Assembly (NCBI GenBank): GCA_001512545.1
Contig: LFSI01000084.1
Location: forward strand, 42,522 to 106,521
Direction of reading: 5' to 3'
DNA from: Clostridia bacterium DTU065
Lineage (GTDB): Bacteria; Bacillota; DTU065
DNA: 64,000 bases
The position numbers and the translations under genes are program-made. Of the stretch, positions 19,853 to 28,275 are shown piece after piece. The notes beneath the pieces were generated by a model that was not told the origin of the DNA, ran no database searches, and was given only the letters and a program-made list of their open reading frames with translations. Each line of letters starts with the position of its first letter. Positions within the stretch are counted from its first letter, which is position 1.

Positions 19853-21910
19853 TTACTGTGAAATAATAGTTAACTCAACGTACTCATCGCTGCCGAGCAT
19901 TTGACCTGCTGCCGGCTTCTGGCTGGCAACGATGCCGTCGGTTTTCGAACCATTGATTTTAATGTTGATTCCCCGAGACAGTGCCACGCTCTGGGCTTCC
20001 GCAAGAGAGAGGCCGATGAAGCGCGGAGTTTCCCTCTGTTCCTGAAGGGCGCAGAAGAGGGTAACGGTGGTGTTCGGCTCCACGAAGAATCCCGGAAGAG
20101 GCTCTTGGCTGGAAACCTTAGCGCCTTCTCCTTTGGCATTAACCCGGAGTCCGAGTTTTGTGAGCTCTTTAACTGCCATATCTCGCGTCATTCCGGTTAG
20201 ATTCGGTACGGCAATGGAGCCTCCTTCGTGCACTCTCGTCCTTACTCCAGTATATTGCAGGGCTGCAGAAGTAAATTCCTTAAAGACAGGAGCGGCTAAA
20301 ACCCCACCATAGTTGCTGTCGGTTTGGGGCTCAAAGATCGCAACTAGAGCAACGATCTGCGGATCGTCGATAGGTGCAAACCCCAAAAACGACACCACCA
20401 TGTCGTCTTCAGAGTAGCCACCGGCAACGGGAATCTGAGCAGTACCAGTCTTTCCTCCTACAGGGAAGCCGGCGATCTCGGCCCTTTGGCCCGAACCGTT
20501 AACTACTACAGAGCGGAGCATCATCTTTATTGTATTTGCTGTACTTTCGGAGATTACCTGTCTGCCGCTGTTACTTTTATCTCTAGATATAATCTTGCCG
20601 TTTTCTTTGTAGCTTTTCACCAGAGAAGGCGTGACCAAGTACCCATCATTAGCTATGGCGCTCATTGCGGTTACCAGCTGCAGCGGCGTAACCGCTATGC
20701 CCTGACCGAAGCCAATGTTTGCCCACGACACCTTGGAGAGGTTCTCTACAGGAGCGAGAATACCGGAAGCCTCACCGATAAAGTCGATGCCGGTTTTCTG
20801 TCCAAAGCCAAAAGCCCTGAGGTACTTATAGAGAACTTCGTGGTCCATGTCTTCTGCTGCCAGCTTGGCAAAGACCGGGTTGCAAGACCTCTCTAGCGCT
20901 TCGAGAAATGTTTCGTGACCGTGCCCCCAAATCGAAGCGCAGCGGATCACCCTATCGCCAACTGTGTATGTCGGCGGATCAAAAACTTCTGTACTGGGGT
21001 TGATGACACCTTCCTCGATGGCCGCAGCGGCCACGAAGACCTTGAAGGTCGAACCAGGCTCAAAGCTCTCGGTTATTGACCAGTTCTTGCGGATACTCAA
21101 GGGGTACTCTGCGAAGTTGTTGGGATCAAAGGATGGATATTCAGCTAATGCCAGGATTTCTCCGGTCTTAGGATCCATTGCTAATAGTATACCCTTTTTG
21201 GCATTGCTACTGATGACTGCCTTTTCGATCTCCCTTTCAGCGATGTGCTGAATAACCGCATCGATCGTAAGATAGAGAGTCACTCCGTTCTGCGGCAGGG
21301 ACTTGGAAGTAAAACCAACTGGTATCTCGCGGCCTGCTGGGTCCTTCTCCACGGTACTGACACCGGGCTCCCCTGCCAAATATCGCTCGTAGGTTACCTC
21401 AATGCCCTCTAGCCCTTGATTGTCGATTCCGGCAATGCCTATTGTTGAAGCTGCCAGGGTACCTTCTGGGTAGTAGCGGCGGGGAAGGCTGACTATACGT
21501 ATGCCTCTCAGGTTCAAGTTTTCGATTTTCGAACGCTTGCCGATGGGAAGATCTCTCGTAAGCCACACAAAGCTTCCGGGTCTTGTGAGGAGTTCATAAA
21601 GCCGCTCTTCACTCATCTCCAAAACTGGAGCCAGTTTTTCTGCAGTTGTCTTGGGATCCTTGATCACGCTAGGATCTGCGTAGACTGCAGGAGTAGGAAT
21701 ACTTTCTGCAAGGATTTTGCCGTTTCGATCCAGAATATCGCCTCTTTCAGGCGTAATGGTGTCGATGCGTAACCTTTGATACAGCGCTCTTTCCGAAAGC
21801 TCAGCAGCATCGACCACCTGCAGCTTAAACAGCTTCAAAACCACAAGTCCATACATCACTATTACCAAAAAAAAGATGAGGCCAAGCCTCATCCTCAATG
21901 CTTTGCTCAT
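19853..21910 (-). CDS. Class B penicillin-binding transpeptidase (FtsI/SpoVD-like) with a C-terminal PASTA domain
   Basis: N-terminal TM segment and dimerisation domain. The transpeptidase motifs are STFK (GSTFKVF), SCN (ERSCNPVF) and KTGT (GGKTGTA). The C-terminal roughly 70 aa are PASTA-like. Confidence 0.85.
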   Translation of the reverse strand: MSKALRMRLGLIFFLVIVMYGLVVLKLFKLQVVDAAELSERALYQRLRIDTITPERGDILDRNGKILAESIPTPAVYADPSVIKDPKTTAEKLAPVLEMSEERLYELLTRPGSFVWLTRDLPIGKRSKIENLNLRGIRIVSLPRRYYPEGTLAASTIGIAGIDNQGLEGIEVTYERYLAGEPGVSTVEKDPAGREIPVGFTSKSLPQNGVTLYLTIDAVIQHIAEREIEKAVISSNAKKGILLAMDPKTGEILALAEYPSFDPNNFAEYPLSIRKNWSITESFEPGSTFKVFVAAAAIEEGVINPSTEVFDPPTYTVGDRVIRCASIWGHGHETFLEALERSCNPVFAKLAAEDMDHEVLYKYLRAFGFGQKTGIDFIGEASGILAPVENLSKVSWANIGFGQGIAVTPLQLVTAMSAIANDGYLVTPSLVKSYKENGKIISRDKSNSGRQVISESTANTIKMMLRSVVVNGSGQRAEIAGFPVGGKTGTAQIPVAGGYSEDDMVVSFLGFAPIDDPQIVALVAIFEPQTDSNYGGVLAAPVFKEFTSAALQYTGVRTRVHEGGSIAVPNLTGMTRDMAVKELTKLGLRVNAKGEGAKVSSQEPLPGFFVEPNTTVTLFCALQEQRETPRFIGLSLAEAQSVALSRGINIKINGSKTDGIVASQKPAAGQMLGSDEYVELTIISQ

Positions 21911-22356
21911 AACAGTTCAGACCCTCCCAATAGACCGTAGAAAAAGTCTAGCAGCCTGTCGAAAAGGCTTGCTGGAACGGCTCCTGCTACAGTGGCAGGT
22001 CCCGCATCGATTCTTTCTGTAGAGGCAGGTCTTGCACTTGGAGGTACTAAAACGACGATTTCTGTGTCGGTGTTGTTAACTAAACCTAAAGACAATGCTA
22101 CTTCTTCCACTCTTTGTAGGGATTGAAGCTCTTTCAACTGGTAATTCAATTGTTTGAGTTTTTCATTTTCCACCTGTAAGAGCTGGTTTGCTTCGGTTAG
22201 TTTCAATGAAAGACTCGACACTTGTCCCTGAAGTACGGCCACAAGCACAAACGGTATGGCGATAATCAGAACCAGGATCACAATAGCAGGAAAGTTCTCT
22301 TCCACTCCCGTCTTCGTCTTCACAGTATGTTGTTTTTTAACTTCTTGGTAGGTCAC
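21907..22356 (-). CDS. ftsL: Cell division protein FtsL (septum formation initiator-like)
   Basis: 149 aa. A single TM helix (IVILVLIIAIPFVLVAVL) is followed by a coiled-coil/leucine-zipper region. It sits between rsmH and the PBP gene. Confidence 0.6.
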   Translation of the reverse strand: MTYQEVKKQHTVKTKTGVEENFPAIVILVLIIAIPFVLVAVLQGQVSSLSLKLTEANQLLQVENEKLKQLNYQLKELQSLQRVEEVALSLGLVNNTDTEIVVLVPPSARPASTERIDAGPATVAGAVPASLFDRLLDFFYGLLGGSELL

Positions 22357-23324
22357 TTTCCCACCTCCTTGTCTGAGTAGATCTTTTCTGCCACCCGCAG
22401 TTTTGCACTGTGAGCCCTTCTGTTTTCCTCCACTTCAAGAGCATCAGGGACAACCGGTTTTTTCGTGATGACCTTTACTATGGGCTTCTTTCCGCAGACA
22501 CAAACCGGAAGTCTCTTCGGACAGGTACACGGGTCTTCCTTTTCCTTAAAGAAGTCCTTCACGATCCGATCCTCCAGACTGTGGAAGGAAATCACGCCCA
22601 GCCTTCCTCCGAGTTTCAGGTGCTCCAAGCCCTTTTCCAAACTAGTTGTGAGAGCACCGAGCTCGTCATTTACCGCAATTCTAATAGCTTGAAAAGTTCT
22701 TTTTGCTGGATGTTGCTCGGAGAGTGCCCTCTTTGGCATGGCTTTCTTGATGACTTCCACCAGTTCAAAAGTAGTGTTGATCGGTCTTGCAATGGCTATC
22801 TGATCGGCGATACGCTTGGCGTAGCGCTCTTCTCCGTACTCTCTTATGATTCTGGTCAGTTCATCCAAGTCGTAGGTGTTGACCACGTCCCAGGCGGTGA
22901 TGCTCTGGCTCTGATCCATCCTCATGTCCAGTTTGGCATCGAAGCGGTAGGAAAAGCCCCTTTCCGGTTCATCGAACTGAGGGGACGAAACCCCCAGGTC
23001 CCAAAAGACACCGTCCACCTCGAACACTGACAGCCTATACAGAACGCTCGACAGCTGCTTAAAGTTGGCGTGGACAACGGTCAGCTGGTCGCCTTTGTAA
23101 ACCAGAGGATTGTCGAATACCTTATGCAAATTAAAGTTTTCCGCAACTTTTTTTATCGCTTCCAAATCCTGATCGAGGGCAATTACGCTTGCTCCCCGAT
23201 CCAAAAAACCCTTGGTGTGGCCACCCCTTCCGAGGGTACAGTCCACTATGGTTTTCCCGGGGCCCGGCTTCATCATCTCAACCGACTCGTGAAACAGAAC
23301 AGGTAAGTGCTCCACGGTTTTCAC
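22353..23324 (-). CDS. rsmH: 16S rRNA m4C1402 methyltransferase RsmH (MraW)
   Basis: IVDCTLGRGGHTKGFL SAM motif, 323 aa, directly downstream of mraZ. Confidence 0.9.
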   Translation of the reverse strand: MKTVEHLPVLFHESVEMMKPGPGKTIVDCTLGRGGHTKGFLDRGASVIALDQDLEAIKKVAENFNLHKVFDNPLVYKGDQLTVVHANFKQLSSVLYRLSVFEVDGVFWDLGVSSPQFDEPERGFSYRFDAKLDMRMDQSQSITAWDVVNTYDLDELTRIIREYGEERYAKRIADQIAIARPINTTFELVEVIKKAMPKRALSEQHPAKRTFQAIRIAVNDELGALTTSLEKGLEHLKLGGRLGVISFHSLEDRIVKDFFKEKEDPCTCPKRLPVCVCGKKPIVKVITKKPVVPDALEVEENRRAHSAKLRVAEKIYSDKEVGK

Positions 23325-23326
23325 CC

Positions 23327-23758
23327 CTAAATTCCAAGATCAACCAGGTTCTCTGCGATCTCGGTAATAGAACTGCTGAACGAATCCATGTACTTCTGCC
23401 AGGCCGCTGGCTCCCAAATCTCGATGCGGTTCGATACACCAACCACCATGGCCTCTTTTTCAATACCGGCGTGGAGTTTGAGGTTGGAAGGAAGGTTAAT
23501 TCTTCCCTGTTTGTCCAGTTCAGCTTCGGCTGCTGCAGACAAAAAGAACCTGGTAAAGGCCCTAACATCAGCTTTCCCGATAGGAAGCTCTTTGAGCCTG
23601 TTGACCATTTTTACCCATTCTTCTTGAGGAAAAAGGAACAAACAGTTATCGAGACCTTTTGTTAATACTGGTGCATTGCCCAACTCATCGCGAAACTTCG
23701 CAGGAATGGTTAGGCGGCTTTTGGTGTCTAAGTTATGTAAGTACTCACCAATAAACAT
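23327..23758 (-). CDS. mraZ: Transcriptional regulator MraZ
   Basis: MFIGEYLHNLDTKSRLTIPAKFRDEL..., duplicated SpoVT/AbrB-like halves. The start is the ATG at 23758. The tracked ORF's first 11 codons are read-through of the operator repeats. Confidence 0.85.
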   Translation of the reverse strand: MFIGEYLHNLDTKSRLTIPAKFRDELGNAPVLTKGLDNCLFLFPQEEWVKMVNRLKELPIGKADVRAFTRFFLSAAAEAELDKQGRINLPSNLKLHAGIEKEAMVVGVSNRIEIWEPAAWQKYMDSFSSSITEIAENLVDLGI

Positions 23759-23763
23759 AAGGT

Positions 23764-23815
23764 CACCCCACTTTCCCCCACTTTGCCCCACTTATGGTGC
23801 TTATTCCACACTTTT
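23764..23815 (-). promoter_or_regulatory. Putative MraZ operator: phased direct GTGGG repeats just 5' of mraZ
   Basis: On the coding strand the sequence is AAAGTGTGG-n12-AAGTGGGG-CAAAGTGGGG-GAAAGTGGGG-TGACCTT-ATG. The GTGGG cores (plus-strand CCCAC at 23767, 23777, 23787) sit exactly 10 bp apart. A GTGTG variant lies 20 bp further upstream, on the same helical face. Confidence 0.55.
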
Positions 23816-23993
23816 ATATGATCTCCTTCAACCTCACAAAGAAAAATTGCATTTTTTTGAAAAAAAAACGCCTCAAGCGAACGCTTGAGGTCTTTAAAAC
23901 TAGCTTTTATTGACGAAATACCTTAGAATATGTTTAATAGCTTAAATTCCCATCAACTAACTTGTATTACAATCCTTGGAAAGGTGTGTATAA

Positions 23994-24653
23994 ATGAAAG
24001 CAGTTCTTTTTGACATGGATGGCACTATGTTGAAAACAGAGAACATCGCAATTCCGGCATTTCAAATGACATTTGCCGAACTGAGAAAGCGAGGTCTGTA
24101 CTCCGGCGAAACCCCCAGTGAAGAGAAGTTCTTAAAGCAGCTGGGAAATACCCTGGAAGCTATTTGGGAAACTATACTGCCGAACACAGACTGGGAGACC
24201 AGGCTCCTTGCAGACCGAATCATGCTTGAGTCTGAACTTGAGATCATCCGCAGTGGCGGGCTAACCTTCTTCCCCGGAGTAGAAGACACTCTGCGATTGC
24301 TGAAGAAGAAAGGTTACGATCTCTTTGTTGCCAGTAACGGTCTGGAAAACTACATTTCCGCCATTGTTGAGCACAGCGGTTTTGGCGAGCTGTTCACAGA
24401 TCTGTACAGCGCCGGACGCTTCCAAACTAAAACCAAAGTGGATTTAGTAGCCAAACTGCTCAGAGACTATCCTGTTACAACCGGCTACATGGTCGGAGAC
24501 AGAAAGTCCGATGTAGAGGCCGGGATCAAGAACAACCTGCCGACTATCGGGTGCCTCTTTGGCTATGGCGGACAGAAAGAGTTAGAAGGTGCTACCTATA
24601 TTATTGAGAGCTTTTCTGAGCTTCCTGCAATCATTCAGTTAATAGCTGCGTAG
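23994..24653 (+). CDS. HAD-superfamily hydrolase (phosphatase, PGP-like)
   Basis: The MKAVLFDMDGTML motif I (DxDGT) is present. A later GDRKSD motif is present too. 219 aa. Confidence 0.7.
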   Translation: MKAVLFDMDGTMLKTENIAIPAFQMTFAELRKRGLYSGETPSEEKFLKQLGNTLEAIWETILPNTDWETRLLADRIMLESELEIIRSGGLTFFPGVEDTLRLLKKKGYDLFVASNGLENYISAIVEHSGFGELFTDLYSAGRFQTKTKVDLVAKLLRDYPVTTGYMVGDRKSDVEAGIKNNLPTIGCLFGYGGQKELEGATYIIESFSELPAIIQLIAA

Positions 24654-24925
24654 TCAAAGATCAAAAGCTCTCCTTCGCGAACGATCTTATTCTCCTTTCC
24701 ATTTAATCGCATCAGATACCAGATGACCTCATTGGCATCGTGGTCTGGTGCGATTTTTTTGGCAATGCTCCACAAACTATCTCCCTTTTCCACCACAATG
24801 CTAATCTTTTTACCCTGGACCGCGTTGCTGGCTTTGCCTTTATCGATGGCAAGGAGCGAAACGATAAGTACTAATACTACAACACACAAAAGGGATCTAA
24901 TGCGCTGCTTTCTCACTGAAGCCAC
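24635..24925 (-). CDS. LysM-domain membrane protein; putative SOS-induced division inhibitor (YneA-like)
   Basis: Transcribed divergently from lexA. A GTG start at 24925 with SD AAAGGTGAG gives a roughly 96-aa protein. A TM helix (LLCVVVLVLIVSLLAI) is followed by a LysM-like segment (VEKGDSLWSIAKKIA...ANEVIWYLMRLNG). The longer tracked ORF would run through the LexA boxes. Confidence 0.5.
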   Translation of the reverse strand: MASVRKQRIRSLLCVVVLVLIVSLLAIDKGKASNAVQGKKISIVVEKGDSLWSIAKKIAPDHDANEVIWYLMRLNGKENKIVREGELLIFDYAAIN

Positions 24926-24940
24926 CTCACCTTTGTTGTG

Positions 24941-25010
24941 CGAACATATGTTCAATATCATCATATACCGCACATATGTTCGTGTCAAGAAAAAAATGAA
25001 CATTTGTTTG
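24941..25010. promoter_or_regulatory. SOS operator region: three Cheo (LexA) boxes in the lexA/yneA divergent promoter
   Basis: CGAACATATGTTCA at 24941-24954 and CGCACATATGTTCG at 24969-24982 each have one mismatch to CGAACN4GTTCG. The weaker TGAACATTTGTTTG at 24997-25010 overlaps the -35 of a TTGTTT-n17-TGtTATACT promoter (25008-25036). Confidence 0.7.
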
Positions 25011-25103
25011 TTTTATCAGGCGGCCTGTGTTATACTAAAGCTGAGATCTACAGTGCGGCTTAATCTGGTTCTTTGTATTTTCTGGAGGTTAGGGGGTGTT
25101 CTT

Positions 25104-25727
25104 GTGTCTGCGAAATCCGAACTGTCTAAGCGAGAAGAGCAAATCCTGGATCTTCTCAAGAAAGGGATAGCTGAAAACGGTTATCCTCCGACCGTCAGGG
25201 AGATCTGCGCACAGACCGGACTGCGATCTACAGCAACTGTGCACGGCTATCTAAAGAAGCTAGAACAAAAGGGCTACATCATCAAAGCCGATGACAAACC
25301 AAGGGCTATCACGCTCATCGGCAACGAAGACTTCTTTTCGTCCTCTCTAGAAGCGGCTTTGGTTCCCCTCGTTGGCGAAGTTGCAGCTGGACAGCCAATA
25401 CTGGCAAGCGAAAACATAGAGGCTACGTATCCGTTGCCCAAAGATCTGGTAAAAGGTGAAGAGTGTTTCCTTCTGCGCGTTAAAGGCGAGAGCATGATTG
25501 AAGCTGGCATTCTCCCAGGCGACTTGGTCCTAGTAAGGCGCCAGCAAGCAGCCTCAAACGGCGATATTGTGGTGGCCCTTCTTGAAGATGAAGCTACTGT
25601 AAAAACTTTCTATAAGGAAAAAAATGCAGTGCGACTTCAGCCGGAAAACTCAACCATGGAGCCGATCTACACCAAAGACGTTGCGATTTTAGGGAAAGTA
25701 ATCGGTTTGATCCGGAGTATGTCTTAA
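25104..25727 (+). CDS. lexA: LexA repressor
   Basis: A GTG start follows AGGGGGTG. The N-terminal wHTH reads EQILDLLKKGIAENGYPPTVREICAQTGLRSTATVHGYLKKLEQKGYI. The cleavage region is LVGEVAAGQP. The S24 Ser/Lys dyad is present (VKGESMIEAG ... TVKTFYK). 207 aa. Confidence 0.9.
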   Translation: MSAKSELSKREEQILDLLKKGIAENGYPPTVREICAQTGLRSTATVHGYLKKLEQKGYIIKADDKPRAITLIGNEDFFSSSLEAALVPLVGEVAAGQPILASENIEATYPLPKDLVKGEECFLLRVKGESMIEAGILPGDLVLVRRQQAASNGDIVVALLEDEATVKTFYKEKNAVRLQPENSTMEPIYTKDVAILGKVIGLIRSMS

Positions 25728-25757
25728 GCCAAAAAAGTCGACCCCAAACATAAAAAT

Positions 25758-25800
25758 AAGGAGAGGACTAGCTGTTCCTGATATGCTCCTCTCCTTTTTC
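25758..25800 (+). terminator. Terminator after lexA
   Basis: AGGAGAGGA-n19-TCCTCTCCT hairpin followed by TTTTTCT. Confidence 0.55.
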
Positions 25801-25842
25801 TTTAGGAGTTTTTCAAATTTGGTGAATCGCTTCGGCAAACCG

Positions 25843-25879
25843 CAAAAAAAACGAGACCTAAACGGTCTCATTTTTCATC
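25843..25879. terminator. Bidirectional terminator between lexA and the convergent 116-aa gene
   Basis: GAGACC-TAAAC-GGTCTC hairpin flanked by A8 on one side and T5 on the other. Confidence 0.5.
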
Positions 25880-26218
25880 TCGCGATGCCGTGTATTCGGA
25901 TTTACTTACAAAACTTCCACCGTTGATTTCAGCTCTGGTTGCCCGATACTGACTGTCGAACTCCAAGTAGATGCCAACACGGGCAAAACATCTGTTTTTC
26001 CCACTACCAGAAACCTCTTTGCGCACATAATACTGGTAGGTTTTTTCTTTGTCTTTGTCATAGTTTTCCTGAATCTCTTCCTTGCGACTGATGCGAACCG
26101 GAATGACCTCTTTGCACCGATCGCATTTTACGTATACGTAAAGGGCATCATTATCACGAACTACAGGCACTAGATCCTTCTTGGGACCTAAACCGATTTT
26201 ACTGAGAATGTTTTCCAA
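25868..26218 (-). CDS. Hypothetical protein (116 aa, charged, with CxxC near the N-terminus)
   Basis: Clean ORF with a terminator just downstream. It contains VKCDRCKEV plus a later Cys. I recognise no family from memory. Confidence 0.4.
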   Translation of the reverse strand: MENILSKIGLGPKKDLVPVVRDNDALYVYVKCDRCKEVIPVRISRKEEIQENYDKDKEKTYQYYVRKEVSGSGKNRCFARVGIYLEFDSQYRATRAEINGGSFVSKSEYTASRDEK

Positions 26219-26292
26219 CTAGACCACCGCCTACAGTGTGTGTTAGACATAGAACTAATTCTACTTATTCTTAACAGGCGGAGATAATCCTT

Positions 26293-26481
26293 CTACTTCA
26301 CTGTGGGCTCGATCTCGAATCCTTCTTCCACCAGGTCGTAAATGTAGTAGGTCTTCCCATTGTCAGTAATGCGGTAGTAAGCTTTGTAAGTCTTTTCAAC
26401 CTCATCGACGCTGAGGGTTCCGATGAACTCGGCCTTCCCCTCCTCAATAAGTTCCCTAAGCCTTTCCGATAATGTCATCAC
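26293..26481 (-). CDS. Hypothetical small protein (62 aa)
   Basis: MMTLSERLRELIEEGKAEFIGTLSVDEVEKTYKAYYRITDNGKTYYIYDLVEEGFEIEPTVK. Composition is balanced. The status is ORF-only. Confidence 0.3.
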   Translation of the reverse strand: MMTLSERLRELIEEGKAEFIGTLSVDEVEKTYKAYYRITDNGKTYYIYDLVEEGFEIEPTVK

Positions 26482-26734
26482 CGGTGATCACACCCCCGCA
26501 GTCTCTAGGATTACCAACTACCAGTAAACTATACAGAAACTGCGAGAATGAAAAAAGCAAAATCGCAAAGTACAGCCGGACAACAAATGCGAAGGTTGCA
26601 TCGATGAACCGGCTTTCATAAATCAGAGACGCAACTCCTATATACATTGCCAGAAGAGGTAAGGAAATAAGCAGGAGATAGATGCTACCACCCCCTGCTT
26701 AAGTATATGACTCGAGATTCTGTTCTGCGCCTTC

Positions 26735-27475
26735 TTACTCCAGCGGCCAGGATCCGTATGGATCTAAATCGGTTATCCGGTCCAAACTGAAGTTTACCGG
26801 CGTGATGGAAGTGATGCCTCGCGATACAGCTTTCACATCCGCTTCTTCGTGTTCGGAAGCGTTTTCGATGACCTTGCCCGCCATCCAGAAGTACTTCCGA
26901 CCGAACGGGTCTTTGCGCTCTTCAAATGCCTTGCTGTAAAGTCGCGGAGCTAACCTGGTGAAGGCCCTCCCCTTGATCGGATACGGCACATTGACATTGA
27001 GTATGGTCTCCGGACAAAGGCCTCTTTCAAGGATCATCTTTGCCACCCACAGTCCTTCAGACGCAGCTGCTTCGTATGCTTCTTTGCTGAACTCATCAGC
27101 CAGCGACACTGCCATGGAGTGGATTCCGTAGAAGGCTCCCTCCATAGCACCTGAAAAAGTTCCGGAGTAGAAGATGTCGGTGCCCAGGTTTGGTCCATTG
27201 TTGATGCCTGATGCTATGAGGTCCGGTTTTTCCGGCAGTACGGTCTCCAGTGCAAGTTTAACGCAATCTGCAGGAGTGCCGTCCACCATAAACGCCCTTT
27301 CGCCATACCGTTTAATTCTCAAAGGTCTGGTCATGGTCACGGCATGTCCAATAGCACTCCGCTCCCTATCAGGAGCAACTACATACACTGTTCCGATCTC
27401 TGCCAGCTTGTCAGCCAAAGCCCACAGCCCTTCTGCTAAAATGCCGTCATCGTTTGTCACTAGAATAGTTGCCAT
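26735..27475 (-). CDS. surE: 5'/3'-nucleotidase SurE
   Basis: MATILVTNDDGILAEGL...VVAPDRERSAIGHAVT is the SurE N-terminal signature (DDG, and an NS[AG]xGH-type variant). The start is at MATIL (27475). Confidence 0.85.
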   Translation of the reverse strand: MATILVTNDDGILAEGLWALADKLAEIGTVYVVAPDRERSAIGHAVTMTRPLRIKRYGERAFMVDGTPADCVKLALETVLPEKPDLIASGINNGPNLGTDIFYSGTFSGAMEGAFYGIHSMAVSLADEFSKEAYEAAASEGLWVAKMILERGLCPETILNVNVPYPIKGRAFTRLAPRLYSKAFEERKDPFGRKYFWMAGKVIENASEHEEADVKAVSRGITSITPVNFSLDRITDLDPYGSWPLE

Positions 27476-27542
27476 GTCAGCCGCAGTGCACCTTCTCAAG
27501 CTTGCACTGCAATGCCTCCTCTCCAGAAGCTTATCTTGATGT

Positions 27543-28217
27543 TTATTTTAGGACTGTCGTAATAATTCCTTCCAAGTTGGCCAGTTTTTCCAGCATCCCA
27601 CCGGCATTGAAACTTCTGGGGACATCCAGTTCCATTTCGATTCTGATCATACGTTCATCACTGTCCCGGTCGATGGAGTTCATTTCTACATTGACTATGT
27701 TCACATCCATGTCCCCGAGGATATTGCCGATGTTGCCCAAAAGGCTAGGCCGATCTACAGCTTCTATCACCAAGGTCTGATAGCGCTCGTGGAGCAGTAT
27801 TTTCTCAATTTTGTGTACGTAGGTCAGGATCAAAAAAGCCAAGACGGAGACCACAACTGCAGGGACAAACAGACCGGCTCCTGTAGCAAGTCCAATAGCT
27901 GCCACGACCCAAAGGCTTGCTGCGGTCGTCAGTCCCTGGACGCTAGCTCCCTGATGTAAAATGGTTCCAGCACCTAAAAAACCGATACCGCTGACAACCT
28001 GGGCTGCTAGGCGGAACGGATCGCGGTATGAACCACCCTCACTGATCGGCGCACCATAGATGGAGATGATCATAATCAAAGCACTGCCTACACCAACTAG
28101 AATGTGGGTTCTAAACCCCGCCCATTTGCGGTGGCTTTCCCTTTCCAGCCCAATGATTCCCGAAAAAACCACCGTTAATACCAACCTAAGTATTATCTCT
28201 CCATAAGGAATTTGCAT
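27543..28217 (-). CDS. mgtC: MgtC/SapB-family membrane protein with a C-terminal ACT-like domain
   Basis: RLVLTVVFSGIIGLERESHRKWAGFRTHILVGVGSAL is the MgtC family motif. 224 aa. Confidence 0.8.
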   Translation of the reverse strand: MQIPYGEIILRLVLTVVFSGIIGLERESHRKWAGFRTHILVGVGSALIMIISIYGAPISEGGSYRDPFRLAAQVVSGIGFLGAGTILHQGASVQGLTTAASLWVVAAIGLATGAGLFVPAVVVSVLAFLILTYVHKIEKILLHERYQTLVIEAVDRPSLLGNIGNILGDMDVNIVNVEMNSIDRDSDERMIRIEMELDVPRSFNAGGMLEKLANLEGIITTVLK

Positions 28218-28275
28218 GAAGCGATCACCTCCCTGACTTTAGAATAAAGGTGAGCCCCGATGGGCTCACCCTACT

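Noticed and set aside
23759-23791. Upstream extension of mraZ (MGQSGGKWGDL)
   Set aside because: It is a translation of the GTGGG operator repeats. MraZ homologues start at MFIGEY.
24926-25003. N-terminal extension of the yneA-like ORF (MFIFFLTRTYVRYMMILNICSHNKGE)
   Set aside because: It would place the LexA boxes inside the coding sequence. A GTG with the good SD at 24925 gives the expected short TM-LysM protein.
26456-26647. 63-aa minus-strand ORF (MYIGVASLIYESRF...)
   Set aside because: It overlaps the neighbouring 62-aa ORF and has a hydrophobic low-complexity translation with no RBS. It is more likely part of the untranslated region downstream of surE.
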